The translations under genes were made by a program, and so were the position numbers. A stretch of DNA of 64,000 nt from an uncultured Desulfatitalea sp. (lineage in GTDB: Bacteria; Desulfobacterota; Desulfobacteria; Desulfobacterales; Desulfosarcinaceae): contig CAXXMB010000002.1 of assembly GCA_963668675.2 (NCBI GenBank), positions 2,656,001-2,720,000 on the forward strand, written 5' to 3'. The notes beneath the pieces are model-generated. The model made no database searches and had not been told where the DNA came from. It saw nothing but the letters and a program-made list of their open reading frames with translations. This document shows positions 39,837 through 50,084 of the stretch, piece after piece. The number at the start of each line of letters is the position of its first letter. Within the stretch, counting starts at the first letter, position 1.

Positions 39837-41006
39837 ATGACCCAGGAACCAACCCCAACATCCAGCCGATACCTCACCCCCTTCAATGTGGTGGCCGGGA
39901 TCGTTGTGGTGATCGGATTGATCATCACCGTGCTCCGTTTTACCGGCGGTTTGTCCACCGTGACCAACTTGTCGGACTACAACCCATGGGGCATCTGGAT
40001 CGGATTCGATCTGCTGGTCGGTGTGGCCCTTGCCGCAGGCGGCTATGTGACGTCGGCGGCCGTCTATATCTTCGGCATGAAACGGTTTCACGCCGCCGTA
40101 CGGCCTGCCATCCTGACCGGGTTTCTGGGATATGCCCTGGTGGTCTTGGCCCTGCACTACGACGTGGGTCGCCCCTGGCGTCTGCCCTATCCCTTTCTGG
40201 TGTCGCAGGGCACCACTTCACTGCTGTTTGAAGTGGCCGCCTGTGTGGCGCTCTATCTTTCGGTTCTCTTCATCGAATTCTCTCCGGCCGCCATGGAGTG
40301 GCTGGGGCTCAAGCGAGCCCGCAGCCTGGTGGTCAAGTTGACCCTGATTCTGACCATCTTCGGTGTGATTTTATCGACCCTGCACCAGAGCTCTTTGGGG
40401 GCGCTCTTCCTCATCGCGCCGGCCAAATTGCACCCCTTGTGGTATTCGCCCTATATTCCGATCTACTTCTTCGTCACCAGCATCATCGCCGGCCTCTCGA
40501 TGGTGATCTTCGAAAGCGGCCTGTCCCATCGCTACTTCAAAGACAAAATGGACGAGGCGCATCTCTCCGGCAAGAACGATCTGATGATGGGATTCGGCAA
40601 GGCCGCCGCATGGGTTCTGGCCGGCTACTTCTTTATCAAGGTGATCGGCATCGCTGCCGACAACAATTGGCACTACCTGGCAACCGGCTACGGGGCCTGG
40701 TACCTGGTCGAACTGCTCGGATTCGTGGCATTGCCCTCTTTTATTTACGCCGTGGGCGTTCGCGAGAAGAACACCACGATTATCCGCTGGACGGCCGCCT
40801 GGACGGTCCTGGGCATCGTGATCAACCGGTTCAACATCTGCTTGGTGGCCTTCAACTGGCATTTGCCGCCCGAAGAGCGCTACTTTCCCCACTGGATGGA
40901 GATCGGCATCTCCGTGTTCATCGTCACCATCGGCGTGTTGGCCTTCCGGTTCATCGTGACGCGGATGCCGATTTTGTATTCCCATCCCGATTATGAGGCG
41001 CATTAA
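39837..41006 (+). CDS. hmcC: Hmc complex NrfD/PsrC-family membrane subunit
   Basis: TNLSDYNPWGIWIGFD, DVGRPW, LHQSSLG. Confidence 0.92.
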   Translation: MTQEPTPTSSRYLTPFNVVAGIVVVIGLIITVLRFTGGLSTVTNLSDYNPWGIWIGFDLLVGVALAAGGYVTSAAVYIFGMKRFHAAVRPAILTGFLGYALVVLALHYDVGRPWRLPYPFLVSQGTTSLLFEVAACVALYLSVLFIEFSPAAMEWLGLKRARSLVVKLTLILTIFGVILSTLHQSSLGALFLIAPAKLHPLWYSPYIPIYFFVTSIIAGLSMVIFESGLSHRYFKDKMDEAHLSGKNDLMMGFGKAAAWVLAGYFFIKVIGIAADNNWHYLATGYGAWYLVELLGFVALPSFIYAVGVREKNTTIIRWTAAWTVLGIVINRFNICLVAFNWHLPPEERYFPHWMEIGISVFIVTIGVLAFRFIVTRMPILYSHPDYEAH

Positions 41007-41032
41007 CAGGGGAGACACACAGGAGGCTATTC

Positions 41033-41161
41033 GTGGAAACGATTCATACGCTGCAGGAGTTCATGCTCCATACGAAAAACATCATCTATATTCTGATCGT
41101 TCTGGGCCTGCTGGCCATGCCGGCGTTTTGGCGTTTTTTGAACGGACGGGACCGGGATTAG
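41033..41161 (+). CDS. hmcD: Hmc complex small membrane subunit (42 aa), absent from the ORF track
   Basis: GTG start after AGGAGG; METIHTLQEFMLHTKNIIYILIVLGLLAMPAFWRFLNGRDRD; lies between hmcC and hmcE. Confidence 0.85.
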   Translation: METIHTLQEFMLHTKNIIYILIVLGLLAMPAFWRFLNGRDRD

Positions 41162-41276
41162 GGCCGGGTCGCAAACATGACCGGGCGACGGTGGGGATGG
41201 GATGTATCGTTTCCCATCCATGACAGTATAGAAGGAAGACCTTAGAAGGCCTGAAAAGGCGGCAGGAGCAATAAAG

Positions 41277-41954
41277 ATGTATGAGTTTGTCACAGGACCG
41301 CTGGCCATCATCGCATTCGCGGTTTTCTTCATCGGTTTGATCTGGCGATTCATCTGGTACGTCAAAGGTCTGAACTGGCAGATGGACCGTGTCAGCTACG
41401 GTGAAAATGTGAGTTACGGGGTGAAGGGTGCCATTCGATCCATTGTGCGCTGGCTGCTCCCCTTCGGCACCCACAGCTGGCGATTCTATCCGGGTTTTAC
41501 GGTGATGGTGTTTGCATTTCATCTCTGCCTGCTCATCACCCCCGTCTTTTTGCTGGGGCACAACCTGCTGCTCGAGGAGCGTTGGGGCGTCCGCCTGCCG
41601 GCCCTGCCCGAAGCGTTGGCCGATATCATGACCTTGGCCGTGATGGTGGCGGCGTTCTTTATTTTCCTGCGTCGCATGGCCTTGCCGGAAGTGCGTATCC
41701 TGACCAAGACCTATGATATCGTCCTGATTCTGATTGCGGTGGCGCCCTTCTTGACCGGATTTTTGGCTTACCATCAGTTGGGGGATTACAAATTCTGGCT
41801 GATCGCCCACATCCTGTGCGGGGAGATCATGCTGGTGGCCATACCGTTTACCAAGCTCTCCCACTTCATTCTCTTCTTTCTCTCTCGCGCTCAGATTGGA
41901 ATGGATTTCGGCATCAAGCGCGGTGGCATGAAGAGCAGCGGGATGCCGTGGTAG
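41277..41954 (+). CDS. hmcE: Hmc complex NarI-like membrane cytochrome b
   Basis: FVTGPL, FH..GH..AH..SH heme-b histidines, IPFTKLSH. Confidence 0.92.
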   Translation: MYEFVTGPLAIIAFAVFFIGLIWRFIWYVKGLNWQMDRVSYGENVSYGVKGAIRSIVRWLLPFGTHSWRFYPGFTVMVFAFHLCLLITPVFLLGHNLLLEERWGVRLPALPEALADIMTLAVMVAAFFIFLRRMALPEVRILTKTYDIVLILIAVAPFLTGFLAYHQLGDYKFWLIAHILCGEIMLVAIPFTKLSHFILFFLSRAQIGMDFGIKRGGMKSSGMPW

Positions 41955-42020
41955 GTTGGCGGTCGGAGGCACTCTATCTGGATGCGTCGGTTTGAGGACT
42001 TGAGTGGGTTTGAACAGATC

Positions 42021-42165
42021 AGTTGAAAGTGGAAAGTTTAAAGTATGAAAGTGAAGGAATTCTGCTATTGGAATGGTGTGGGCATGAGCCCGGATAATTC
42101 GAATCGATAGCATGCCTTCACTTTAAACTTACCCCTTAACACTTTACACTTCCGGCGAAGCCGGA
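42021..42165. repeat. Inverted heptad-repeat element plus small hairpin between hmcE and hmcF
   Basis: AGTTGAA AGTGGAA AGTTTAA AGTATGA-A-AGTGAAG ... CTTCACT TTAAACT TACCCCT TAACACT TTACACT, then TCCGGCGAAGCCGGA. Confidence 0.75.
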
Positions 42166-42180
42166 ATTTAGGAAATTGAC

Positions 42181-43563
42181 ATGCCTGAAGGAATACTTTG
42201 CAACAAGAAGCCGGTGGATACGGTGGAGCAGCTGCAGGCGCTGTTGAACGACAAGAGCGGCAAGCAGTACTACGAAGAGATGAAACAGCTCGACGTGGAC
42301 AGCGATGCCCTGTGGGCCACGATCCAGAAGACGCTCAAATCGAGGCTGCGCACATGGCTCGAAATCTGCGCGCACTGTGGCATGTGCGCCGACAGCTGTT
42401 TTCTCTACCTGGCCAATGAGCGCGACCCCAAGCAGGTGCCCTCCTATAAGATACAATCCACGCTCGGTGAAATGGTGCGGCGCAAGGGGCGTGTGGATAA
42501 CGACTTCATGCACTACGTCATGGATACGGCCTGGGCCAAATGCACCTGCTGCAACCGCTGCGCCCTCTACTGCCCGTTCGGTATCGATATGGGGGTGATG
42601 TTCGGCTACCTGCGCGGCTTGTGTTTCTCCCAGGGATTCGTCCCCTGGGAACTGAAGATTGGATCCGGCATGCACCGCATCTACCGCGCCCAGATGGATG
42701 TGACCACGGAGGATTGGGTCGAGACGTGCGAATGGATGCGCGAAGAGTACGAAGAGGATTGGCCGGGATTGCAGTTTCCCATCGACAAATCGGATGCCGA
42801 CATCATCTACACGGTCAACGCCCGCGAGGTGAAGCACTACCCGGAAGATCTGGCCGAGGCGGCCATCTTGTTCCACCTGGCCGGAGAGAACTGGACGGTG
42901 CCCAGTGAGGGCTGGGAAGAGACCAGCCTGGCCATGTTCGCCGGCGACTGGGAGGCGTGTAAAAACCAGGTGGAGAGTGTGTACGCGGCCATGGATCGAT
43001 TGAAGCCCAAACGCATGGTGGTGACCGAGTGCGGTCATGCTTATCGTGCTACGGTCATCGAAGGGCCTTACTGGGTGGGCTTGAAGAGCGGTAAACCTCC
43101 CATTGAAAGCATTCACTATGTGGAGTGGGTGGCCGAGGCGCTGCGGACCGGTAAGCTGAAAATCGATCCGTCCAAACGGATCAAGGAGCCGGTGACCTAT
43201 CAGGATTCATGTAACTACATCCGCAATGCCGGGCTGAAGGAGTGCGCCCGGGAGATCATGAGCTATATCGCCGAAGATTTCCGTGAGATGGATCCGTGCG
43301 GGGAGCACAACTACTGCTGCGGCGGCGGCGGCGGGCTCAACGGCATCGGCCGGTACCGGGAAGAGCGCAATGTAGGCCTGCAGATCAAACGGGACCAGAT
43401 ACTGGCCACCGGCGCCAAGCTGGTGATCTCCCCCTGCCACAACTGCTGGGATGCCATTCGTGACCTGGAAGAGATCTATAAGGTCGGCATCCGCTGGTCG
43501 TTTCTCAAACCGCTGCTGTTGAAGATGGTTGTGGTGCCTGAGCATATGCAGCCTGAAGAGTGA
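42181..43563 (+). CDS. hmcF: Hmc complex cytoplasmic HdrD/DsrK-like Fe-S subunit
   Basis: [34 protein letters not shown]. Confidence 0.93.
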   Translation: MPEGILCNKKPVDTVEQLQALLNDKSGKQYYEEMKQLDVDSDALWATIQKTLKSRLRTWLEICAHCGMCADSCFLYLANERDPKQVPSYKIQSTLGEMVRRKGRVDNDFMHYVMDTAWAKCTCCNRCALYCPFGIDMGVMFGYLRGLCFSQGFVPWELKIGSGMHRIYRAQMDVTTEDWVETCEWMREEYEEDWPGLQFPIDKSDADIIYTVNAREVKHYPEDLAEAAILFHLAGENWTVPSEGWEETSLAMFAGDWEACKNQVESVYAAMDRLKPKRMVVTECGHAYRATVIEGPYWVGLKSGKPPIESIHYVEWVAEALRTGKLKIDPSKRIKEPVTYQDSCNYIRNAGLKECAREIMSYIAEDFREMDPCGEHNYCCGGGGGLNGIGRYREERNVGLQIKRDQILATGAKLVISPCHNCWDAIRDLEEIYKVGIRWSFLKPLLLKMVVVPEHMQPEE

Positions 43564-43611
43564 TGGGAGGCGTTTGAGGCTTTCACAGGCGGCGACGGGA
43601 AAGTAATTTTA

Positions 43612-44157
43612 ATGAACTGCGTCGAACTCCAATCGGATGGAACGATTCAAACAGATGCCCCGGCTTTGGTGAAAGAGCCGCTGGCATGCCTGGGGCACCA
43701 GGTGCAGCTGGCGGACGACTGCACGCTGCGCAGCTTCTTCCGATTGCTGGCGGTTTACCCGGATCTGGTTCGGTTGGGGGAATTTTATCCCCTGTTGGTC
43801 GAGCGGTTCCGGGTTTGTCCGGTCGACGGCTGCCGGTGGGACGCCTTCGAACTCCTGGCGCTGACCAAAACCGTTGAAATGGTCGGCTACCCGGGGAAAC
43901 CGCGCCTGGACATCTACAACAGTTTTCACGGCGTTCGGGTCGACCAGCCGGACCAGCCCGAGGAGATCCGATCCCTTGACCTGACTTTTCTTCTGGACAT
44001 GCCGCTGCGCCTTGGACTCCTGAGGCATGTTGTTTTTGGTGACCGGGTGGACGTGTTCTCCTTTGAAACGGTCTACACTCTTTTTGAATTTATCGACAGC
44101 ATTGCCTGGGAGCTTAGTTTTCACGGCACACCCAGGGAGTGCAAGATTGGGAGCTGA
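43612..44157 (+). CDS. Hypothetical protein in the hmc operon
   Basis: 181-aa ORF filling the gap between hmcF and usp with tight spacing; no motif recognised. Confidence 0.7.
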   Translation: MNCVELQSDGTIQTDAPALVKEPLACLGHQVQLADDCTLRSFFRLLAVYPDLVRLGEFYPLLVERFRVCPVDGCRWDAFELLALTKTVEMVGYPGKPRLDIYNSFHGVRVDQPDQPEEIRSLDLTFLLDMPLRLGLLRHVVFGDRVDVFSFETVYTLFEFIDSIAWELSFHGTPRECKIGS

Positions 44158-44160
44158 GCC

Positions 44161-45093
44161 ATGTTTAAAAAGATCTTGTTTGCAACCTCCGCTTCACCGG
44201 TTTGCGACAATGCGGCCAAAGTGGCTTTTGATCTTGAACTGAAGTGGGATGCCGAACTCACCATTTTCCATGTGCTGGGTATTCCCACACGTGGGTTCAG
44301 TCCCTTTGTGACCGATGTGCGCACCGGTGAGTCCGAACAGATGGACCCCGATTACATCGAGTGGGTCAAGGAGGAGATGCGCAATACCTATGGCGACCTG
44401 CTCAAGGATGCCGACCAGGTCCGACTAGAGGCGGCCGTTGGGGTGCCCCATCGGGAGATACTGCGCAAGGCGCGCGAAGAGAATGTGGATATGATCATCA
44501 TGGGCGCCCACACCCGGCCGGAGGATGTCGGCGCTTCACGCTACCGCAGCGTGGTGGGCAGCACCATGCAGAAGGTAGCCAAAGCGGCGCGTTGTCCGGT
44601 GGTGATCATCAGCCGGCCCTGCACCACCTGCTGGAAACTTTTTTCCAATATCGTTGTGGGCATTGATTTTTCCAAAGCCTCCCGGGCCGCTTTTTCGTGG
44701 GCTGCCAGGTTGGCCAAAGAGGTGGATGCGAACCTGCATGTCTTTCACGCTGTCGATCTCGAGATTACCGATGCCGGGCAGGTAAAGGCCCAGGAGGAGA
44801 TAGAGGAGCGGATTGCATCGGCGCGCGACAAGCTGGAGCGCGACTATCTGCCCCAGCTCAAGGGATTTGAGAAGTACACCGTCCAGGTGTGGGAAGGATC
44901 TCCCTATGTGGAGATATTGAAGCTGGCCCGCGAGCGCCAGGCGGATCTCATCGTCATGGCGCACCACACCCGGGAGATCGATCCGGAAATGGCCCTGCTG
45001 GGAAGCACTGTGGAGCAGGTGGTGTTGCGCTCGGCCTGTCCGGTGGCTTCGGTGAACCATCCCGATAAGGCCGTGGACCAGGCGGCCACTTGA
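44161..45093 (+). CDS. Tandem universal stress protein (2 Usp domains)
   Basis: MFKKILFAT..DMIIMG..GST..CPV, repeated. Confidence 0.92.
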   Translation: MFKKILFATSASPVCDNAAKVAFDLELKWDAELTIFHVLGIPTRGFSPFVTDVRTGESEQMDPDYIEWVKEEMRNTYGDLLKDADQVRLEAAVGVPHREILRKAREENVDMIIMGAHTRPEDVGASRYRSVVGSTMQKVAKAARCPVVIISRPCTTCWKLFSNIVVGIDFSKASRAAFSWAARLAKEVDANLHVFHAVDLEITDAGQVKAQEEIEERIASARDKLERDYLPQLKGFEKYTVQVWEGSPYVEILKLARERQADLIVMAHHTREIDPEMALLGSTVEQVVLRSACPVASVNHPDKAVDQAAT

Positions 45094-45533
45094 CCGAAAG
45101 GACCAAGAGATTATTCGTGGGCACCGAATCGAAGAAGCAGCTCGTTTTGATCGTGGATGATGAAATGGACATGCGCTTTTTCATGACCACGCTGTTTGAA
45201 ACCAGCGGCTTCGAGGCGGTGGCGGTCCGGGATGGCCGTCAGGGATTGGCCCGGGCCGAGGCACTTCGGCCGGACCTGATCGTGCTGGATGTGATGATGC
45301 CCGGTGAAGGGGGCGCGGCCATGTACAAGGCGCTCAAGAGCGATGCCCGGCTGGGCGGTATTCCGGTGATCATGCTCTCGGCGGTGGATGAAAAGGCGTT
45401 CCGGCACTACCTGGCCATGCTCAATGCCCGACTTGAAGCACCTGTTCCTCAGCCCGAGGCCTATATGGAAAAACCGCCCGATCCGGAGGCGCTGTTGACA
45501 TTGGCCCGGCAGGTGCTCGCGCAGCAGTCATAA
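45090..45533 (+). CDS. Single-domain response regulator (REC)
   Basis: LIVDDE, LDVMMP, EKP; exact start uncertain. Confidence 0.88.
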   Translation: MTERTKRLFVGTESKKQLVLIVDDEMDMRFFMTTLFETSGFEAVAVRDGRQGLARAEALRPDLIVLDVMMPGEGGAAMYKALKSDARLGGIPVIMLSAVDEKAFRHYLAMLNARLEAPVPQPEAYMEKPPDPEALLTLARQVLAQQS

Positions 45534-45578
45534 TCGATATTTAACACGCAGTTTTTTGTAGTTTTAACAAATTCTAAA

Positions 45579-45720
45579 AGCTGACAGCCGCGTAAAAAAG
45601 TCATTCACACGTCATGCCGGACCTGATTCGGCATCCAGAACCCATTGTAAAACTGGATTCCGGCCTTCGCCGGAATGACGGGAAAAGTACTTTTAGGACT
45701 TTTTGCGAACTCGTCCAAGT
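45579..45720. repeat. MITE/REP-like palindromic repeat, family A copy 3 (short form)
   Basis: CGTAAAAAAGTC..GTCATGCCGGACCTGATTCGGCATCCAG..CTGGATTCCGGCCTTCGCCGGAATGAC..GACTTTTTGCGAACTCGTCCAAG. Confidence 0.88.
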
Positions 45721-45752
45721 TGAGCCTTATTAATTTCGCCGCCGGGAAACCA

Positions 45753-47696
45753 ATGATGGATAAACGACTCCTGCTTGTCGATGACGAAGAGGGAATCCGC
45801 AAGGTATTGGGGATCGTCCTGGCCGACATCGGATATGACATTGTGACCGCCGCTGACGGCAAGCAGGGGCTGCAACAGTTTCTCGAGCAACGCCCTCCCA
45901 TTGTCATTACCGACATCAAGATGCCTGTTATGGACGGTATCGAGCTGCTTCAGCAGATCAAGCGGGAAGATCCCGACACTGAGGTGATCATGCTCACCGG
46001 CCATGGCGATATGGAGTTGGCCATCCAGTGCCTCAAGCTCGAGGCGACCGATTTCGTTACCAAGCCGATCAATGACGACGCCCTGGAGATCGCTCTAAAA
46101 AGAGCCAATGAGCGGATCCTTATGCGGCGCCAGCTGCGGGAATACACGGAAAACCTCGAGAGGTTGGTCGAGGAGAAGTCGGCCCAGTTGGTGGATGCCG
46201 AGCGGCGCGCGGCGGTGGGGCAGGCGCTGGAGGGATTGACCACGGCCATGCAGAACATTGCGGGGGATTTGGACAGTGGTATCTCCTGCTTCAATGATCT
46301 GCCATGCTTCGTTTCGATCCACTCCCCCGAATACAAAGTGGTGGCGGCCAACCAGCGCTACATTGCCAAACTGGGATCTCCGGACGGGCATTCCAGCGGT
46401 GGGCTCTACAAGTCGACCGGTCCGTCTCCGGCGGCGGTCACTTTTGCATCGGGCCGGGGGCAGCGCATCAACACAACCGCTCATTTCCCCGACGGTACTG
46501 AAACACCCGTTATCGTCCACACGGCCCCCATTCGCAATGCCGACGGCCAGGTTGAGCTGGTGGTGGAGATTGCTGCCGATGTGGCCGAGATCAGGCGCCT
46601 CCGGGACGATCTTCAGATGGCCCGGCATCGCTACCAGCTCCTGTTTAACGAGGCACCCTGCTACATCACCGTTCAGGATCGGCAATTGCGCATAACAGAG
46701 GCCAACCGGCTTTTCCGGGAGGATTTCGGCGGGGATGCCCGGGCACGCTGTTTTGAGGTCTATCGCAAAAGAGAGGCCGCCTGCAGCGACTGCCCGGTGG
46801 CCAAGACATTCGACGACGGGGCACCTCACCAGAAGGAGATGGATGTGGTCGGCCCTGACGGGAGTCCGAAGCGCATGCTCGTCCAGACGGCCCCCCTTTG
46901 CGACAGTGCGGGGCGAATTACCCACGTGATGGAGATGTCCACCGATGTGACCCAGATACGCAAACTGCAGGAGCATCTGGCTGCACTGGGGCTGATGATT
47001 GGTTCGGTTTCTCACGGTATCAAGGGGTTGTTGACCGGGCTGGACGGCAGCATGTACTTGGTGGACCGCGGGGTGGCCAAGGCGGAACCGGATCTGATCC
47101 GCGAGGGGTGGGATACCTTGCGCGAGATGATCGAGCGTATCCGCAATTTGGTAATGGATATCCTTTACTATGCCAAGGAGAAGGACCTGAAGTGGCAGCG
47201 GGTCGATGTGGTGTCGTTTGTTCAAGAGATCGCCGGACAGTTTGAGCCCAAAGCGCTTCAACTGGGCATCGAGTGGCGCTGCGAGGCGGCCGATGACCTC
47301 AAGACCACCCACGTGGACCCTGGCATGGTGCAGGCGATTTTGTCCAATATATTGGACAATGCCATTGAGGCCTGTGTTGCGGATACGGATCGGACCAAGC
47401 AGCATGTGATCTCATTTAAGGTGCATGCCGATCAGCACGATATCGTTTTCCAGGTGATCGATAATGCCAAGGGGATGGACAGCGATACCCAGGCCCGGAT
47501 CTTCGCTCCGGATTTTATCAGTCACAAACGGGAGGGCAGCGGCTTAGGCCTTTTCATTGCACGCCAGATCCTGAAAAAGAACAGCGGCCAGATCAAAGTC
47601 GAGTCCAGTCCTGGCGCCGGATCGGTGTTCACGGTTCGCCTGCCCAAAGCCGTTGGCGGTGCGGCCCAAGCGTGCAGCGGGGCACGCCCCCGATGA
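45753..47696 (+). CDS. Hybrid REC-PAS-PAS-histidine kinase
   Basis: REC, two PAS (second with CF..C..CPV), SHGIKG H-box, NAIEA, GSGLGL; the ORF-track N-terminal extension comes from the repeat. Confidence 0.9.
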   Translation: MMDKRLLLVDDEEGIRKVLGIVLADIGYDIVTAADGKQGLQQFLEQRPPIVITDIKMPVMDGIELLQQIKREDPDTEVIMLTGHGDMELAIQCLKLEATDFVTKPINDDALEIALKRANERILMRRQLREYTENLERLVEEKSAQLVDAERRAAVGQALEGLTTAMQNIAGDLDSGISCFNDLPCFVSIHSPEYKVVAANQRYIAKLGSPDGHSSGGLYKSTGPSPAAVTFASGRGQRINTTAHFPDGTETPVIVHTAPIRNADGQVELVVEIAADVAEIRRLRDDLQMARHRYQLLFNEAPCYITVQDRQLRITEANRLFREDFGGDARARCFEVYRKREAACSDCPVAKTFDDGAPHQKEMDVVGPDGSPKRMLVQTAPLCDSAGRITHVMEMSTDVTQIRKLQEHLAALGLMIGSVSHGIKGLLTGLDGSMYLVDRGVAKAEPDLIREGWDTLREMIERIRNLVMDILYYAKEKDLKWQRVDVVSFVQEIAGQFEPKALQLGIEWRCEAADDLKTTHVDPGMVQAILSNILDNAIEACVADTDRTKQHVISFKVHADQHDIVFQVIDNAKGMDSDTQARIFAPDFISHKREGSGLGLFIARQILKKNSGQIKVESSPGAGSVFTVRLPKAVGGAAQACSGARPR

Positions 47697-47872
47697 TTTT
47701 GGGCTTGACTTCTCCATGGCCTTGATTCACCCTTAGGCCAGATTTGATCAACACTGCCAATGCCCTGTTATTGCTACGCACGGCGCGACAATTGGCTTCC
47801 CTTTCAACGAAAAGGGCAGTGGCAGCTTCCACGGGGTCTATCTTCCCTCTTTGAAACGGACAAGGAGGCCAA

Positions 47873-49138
47873 ATGGTCATTCACCAGAGTTGGGACTGGG
47901 AAATCGGGGAGAGAGAAGTCAACACCACCGACTGGTCCCAACGCTTCCGCTGGGTGGAAGAGATGTACGCCAGTCCCGACGGTGAAACCGTCGCGGCCAT
48001 CGTTAATGTAGAAGAAGAAGCTTTCAATGTTTGCCTTAACGGTTCCCTCTGGTCGGATACCCATAGCGATAAAATCTGGCACCTGAGATTTACGCCGGAC
48101 AACCGACCGTATGCCCTGGTTTTGGACAGCGGCGAATGGGCCGTTGCCGTTTCCGGCGAGTCCTGGCCGGATGGCTACGATTATGCCTGGCATCCCCTGG
48201 TCAGCGGCGATGGCAAATGCATCGCCGTCGCCGTTCAGCAGGCCGGGCGTTATGCCATGTCTGTCGACGGCAAGTCATGGGAGAACAATTTTCCCGACAT
48301 CGGGTACTGTGTCATCGCTCCTTCAGGGGCCAATTCCGCAGCGGTCGTTCAAGTGAAAGACGCCGACTCCGGGCAGATCCACACCTTTCAGGAGGGGACC
48401 TTCAGCGTTGCTGTCAACGGCCAACCTTGGGATGCGGTGTTTGTCAATGCCTGGCATGTGGTATTCAGTGCAAATGAAAAGCATCTCGCCACCGAGGTGC
48501 GCCTCAATCTATATGACTATACAATCGCTGTGGACGGGCAGCTGTGGCCTCAGGTTTACTCGGCGGTTTGGGCACCATGTTTCCATCCCAACGACGGCAC
48601 TGTGGTGGCCCCGGTGCGAACCAAGGGGAAGTGGTATATGGCCCAGGATGCGCGCACCTCGTGGTCGCGTCCTTTTGTGCAGCTGTGGCAGCAGCAGTTC
48701 AATGTCGACGGCAGCCGCCTGGCCGCCATTTGCGCCCCCAGCTATGGCCGCTGGACCGTTGCCGTGGATGGCGAATCGTGGCAGGCGATGTTCGACAGCA
48801 TGGTCACCGACCTCACCTTCAGCCCGGATGGCCGGCGCGTGGCCGCACTCGCCAAAGGGGGGCAGCAGTGGTATGTCGTTGTGGATGGCCAGGTCTGGAA
48901 AAACAGGTTCGCCATGGCCTGGCAGCCCGTATTTTCACCCGACGGCAACCATGTTGCCGCCAAAGTTGAGATCGACGGCCGATACACCATTATCGTCAAT
49001 GACCATCTCTGGTCCCGGGCGTGCGACATGGTGTGGGAGCCATGTTTCAGCCCGGATGGTACCCGACTGCTGGTGAGAAGTGTTGAAAAGGGTGTCTATC
49101 GGAGAAGTGTCATTCCCGTGGATAAGATCGCAGGGTAG
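47873..49138 (+). CDS. tmcD: Tmc complex Trp-rich beta-propeller-like subunit
   Basis: Repeated FSPDG..W..VDG..W units; first gene of the tmc block; AAGGAGG RBS. Confidence 0.88.
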   Translation: MVIHQSWDWEIGEREVNTTDWSQRFRWVEEMYASPDGETVAAIVNVEEEAFNVCLNGSLWSDTHSDKIWHLRFTPDNRPYALVLDSGEWAVAVSGESWPDGYDYAWHPLVSGDGKCIAVAVQQAGRYAMSVDGKSWENNFPDIGYCVIAPSGANSAAVVQVKDADSGQIHTFQEGTFSVAVNGQPWDAVFVNAWHVVFSANEKHLATEVRLNLYDYTIAVDGQLWPQVYSAVWAPCFHPNDGTVVAPVRTKGKWYMAQDARTSWSRPFVQLWQQQFNVDGSRLAAICAPSYGRWTVAVDGESWQAMFDSMVTDLTFSPDGRRVAALAKGGQQWYVVVDGQVWKNRFAMAWQPVFSPDGNHVAAKVEIDGRYTIIVNDHLWSRACDMVWEPCFSPDGTRLLVRSVEKGVYRRSVIPVDKIAG

Positions 49139-49239
49139 GGAAAGCTCCCTGCGGGCCTGGCCGGTGCCTGCCTCACACTTGAGACAGGCCCTGATGGAGA
49201 TGCCGGGTCTATCCACCGCATTTATGGAGAGCCATTCCA

Positions 49240-49899
49240 ATGCACGCATTATATCAGTTTGTTGCCGGACCGATGGCCTGGGTGGCGTTCGTTCTTTTTT
49301 TCGGCGGGATGATTTACCGACTGATGCGGCTGCTGGTCATGGCCCGCAAAAGCGAACCCTTTATCTTTACCTACATGAGCTGGCGCTACAGCCTCAGGTC
49401 GATCTTTCACTGGCTCATCCCGTTCGGCACCGTCCGCTGGCGGACACGGCCGGTTTTGACCATCGCGACCTTCGCCTTTCATATCGGTTTGCTGTTGACG
49501 CCGATCTTTCTGCTTTCCCACATCGTTCTGTTTGATGAGGCTTGGGGGGTGAGCTGGTGGGCCCTGCCCGATACGGTAGCGGACGTCATGAGCGCCATCG
49601 TCATCGGTTGTTGCATCTTCTTTGCGGTGAGGCGTTTTACGCAGCCGGAGGTGCGGTTTGTCACGGACAGCTCGGACTATCTTCTTCTGGCCCTCACCGC
49701 GGCGCCGTTCGTTACGGGATTTTTGGCCTATCACCAGTGGACCGAAGGGGCCTGGATGACCATACTCCACATGTTCAGCGGAGAACTGCTGTTGGCGGCG
49801 CTCCCCTTTACGCGTTTGAGCCACATGGTGTTTGCGTGGTTGACGAGGGCGTATATGGGGTCCGAGTTTGGGGGGGTGCGGCATGCGCGCGACTGGTAG
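49240..49899 (+). CDS. tmcC: Tmc complex membrane cytochrome b
   Basis: HmcE paralogue: FVAGPM, FH..SH..LH..LPFTRLSH. Confidence 0.9.
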   Translation: MHALYQFVAGPMAWVAFVLFFGGMIYRLMRLLVMARKSEPFIFTYMSWRYSLRSIFHWLIPFGTVRWRTRPVLTIATFAFHIGLLLTPIFLLSHIVLFDEAWGVSWWALPDTVADVMSAIVIGCCIFFAVRRFTQPEVRFVTDSSDYLLLALTAAPFVTGFLAYHQWTEGAWMTILHMFSGELLLAALPFTRLSHMVFAWLTRAYMGSEFGGVRHARDW

Positions 49900-49900
49900 T

Positions 49901-50043
49901 CTTGACGTTGAGAAGCGGCACCTCAGCATGCCATGCGGCGTTCTCACCTTTTTGCAGTCCTCGGCGTAGCGTTGCTACGCCTGTGGGTGCAAAAAGTCTG
50001 CGGCCTTGCCTGACAGGCTGATGCACCACTTCTCAACGCCAAG
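49901..50043. repeat. Nested palindromic MITE-like element, family B
   Basis: Terminal arms CTTGACGTTGAGAAGCGG / CCACTTCTCAACGCCAAG (16/18), inner CTTTTTGCA/TGCAAAAAG, apex GGCGTAGCGTTGCTACGCC. Confidence 0.82.
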
Positions 50044-50084
50044 GGTAAGGGCTGAGATTGTAGTTTTGTTAAAATGCTAATTTG

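Noticed and set aside
42021..42150. Short periodic repeats considered as a CRISPR array
   Set aside because: The units are 7 bp, inverted and have no spacers; no cas genes are present.
45675..45752. N-terminal extension of the hybrid kinase, and the ORFs at 16412, 45605 and 49944
   Set aside because: These frames start in or run through the palindromic repeats and are artefacts.
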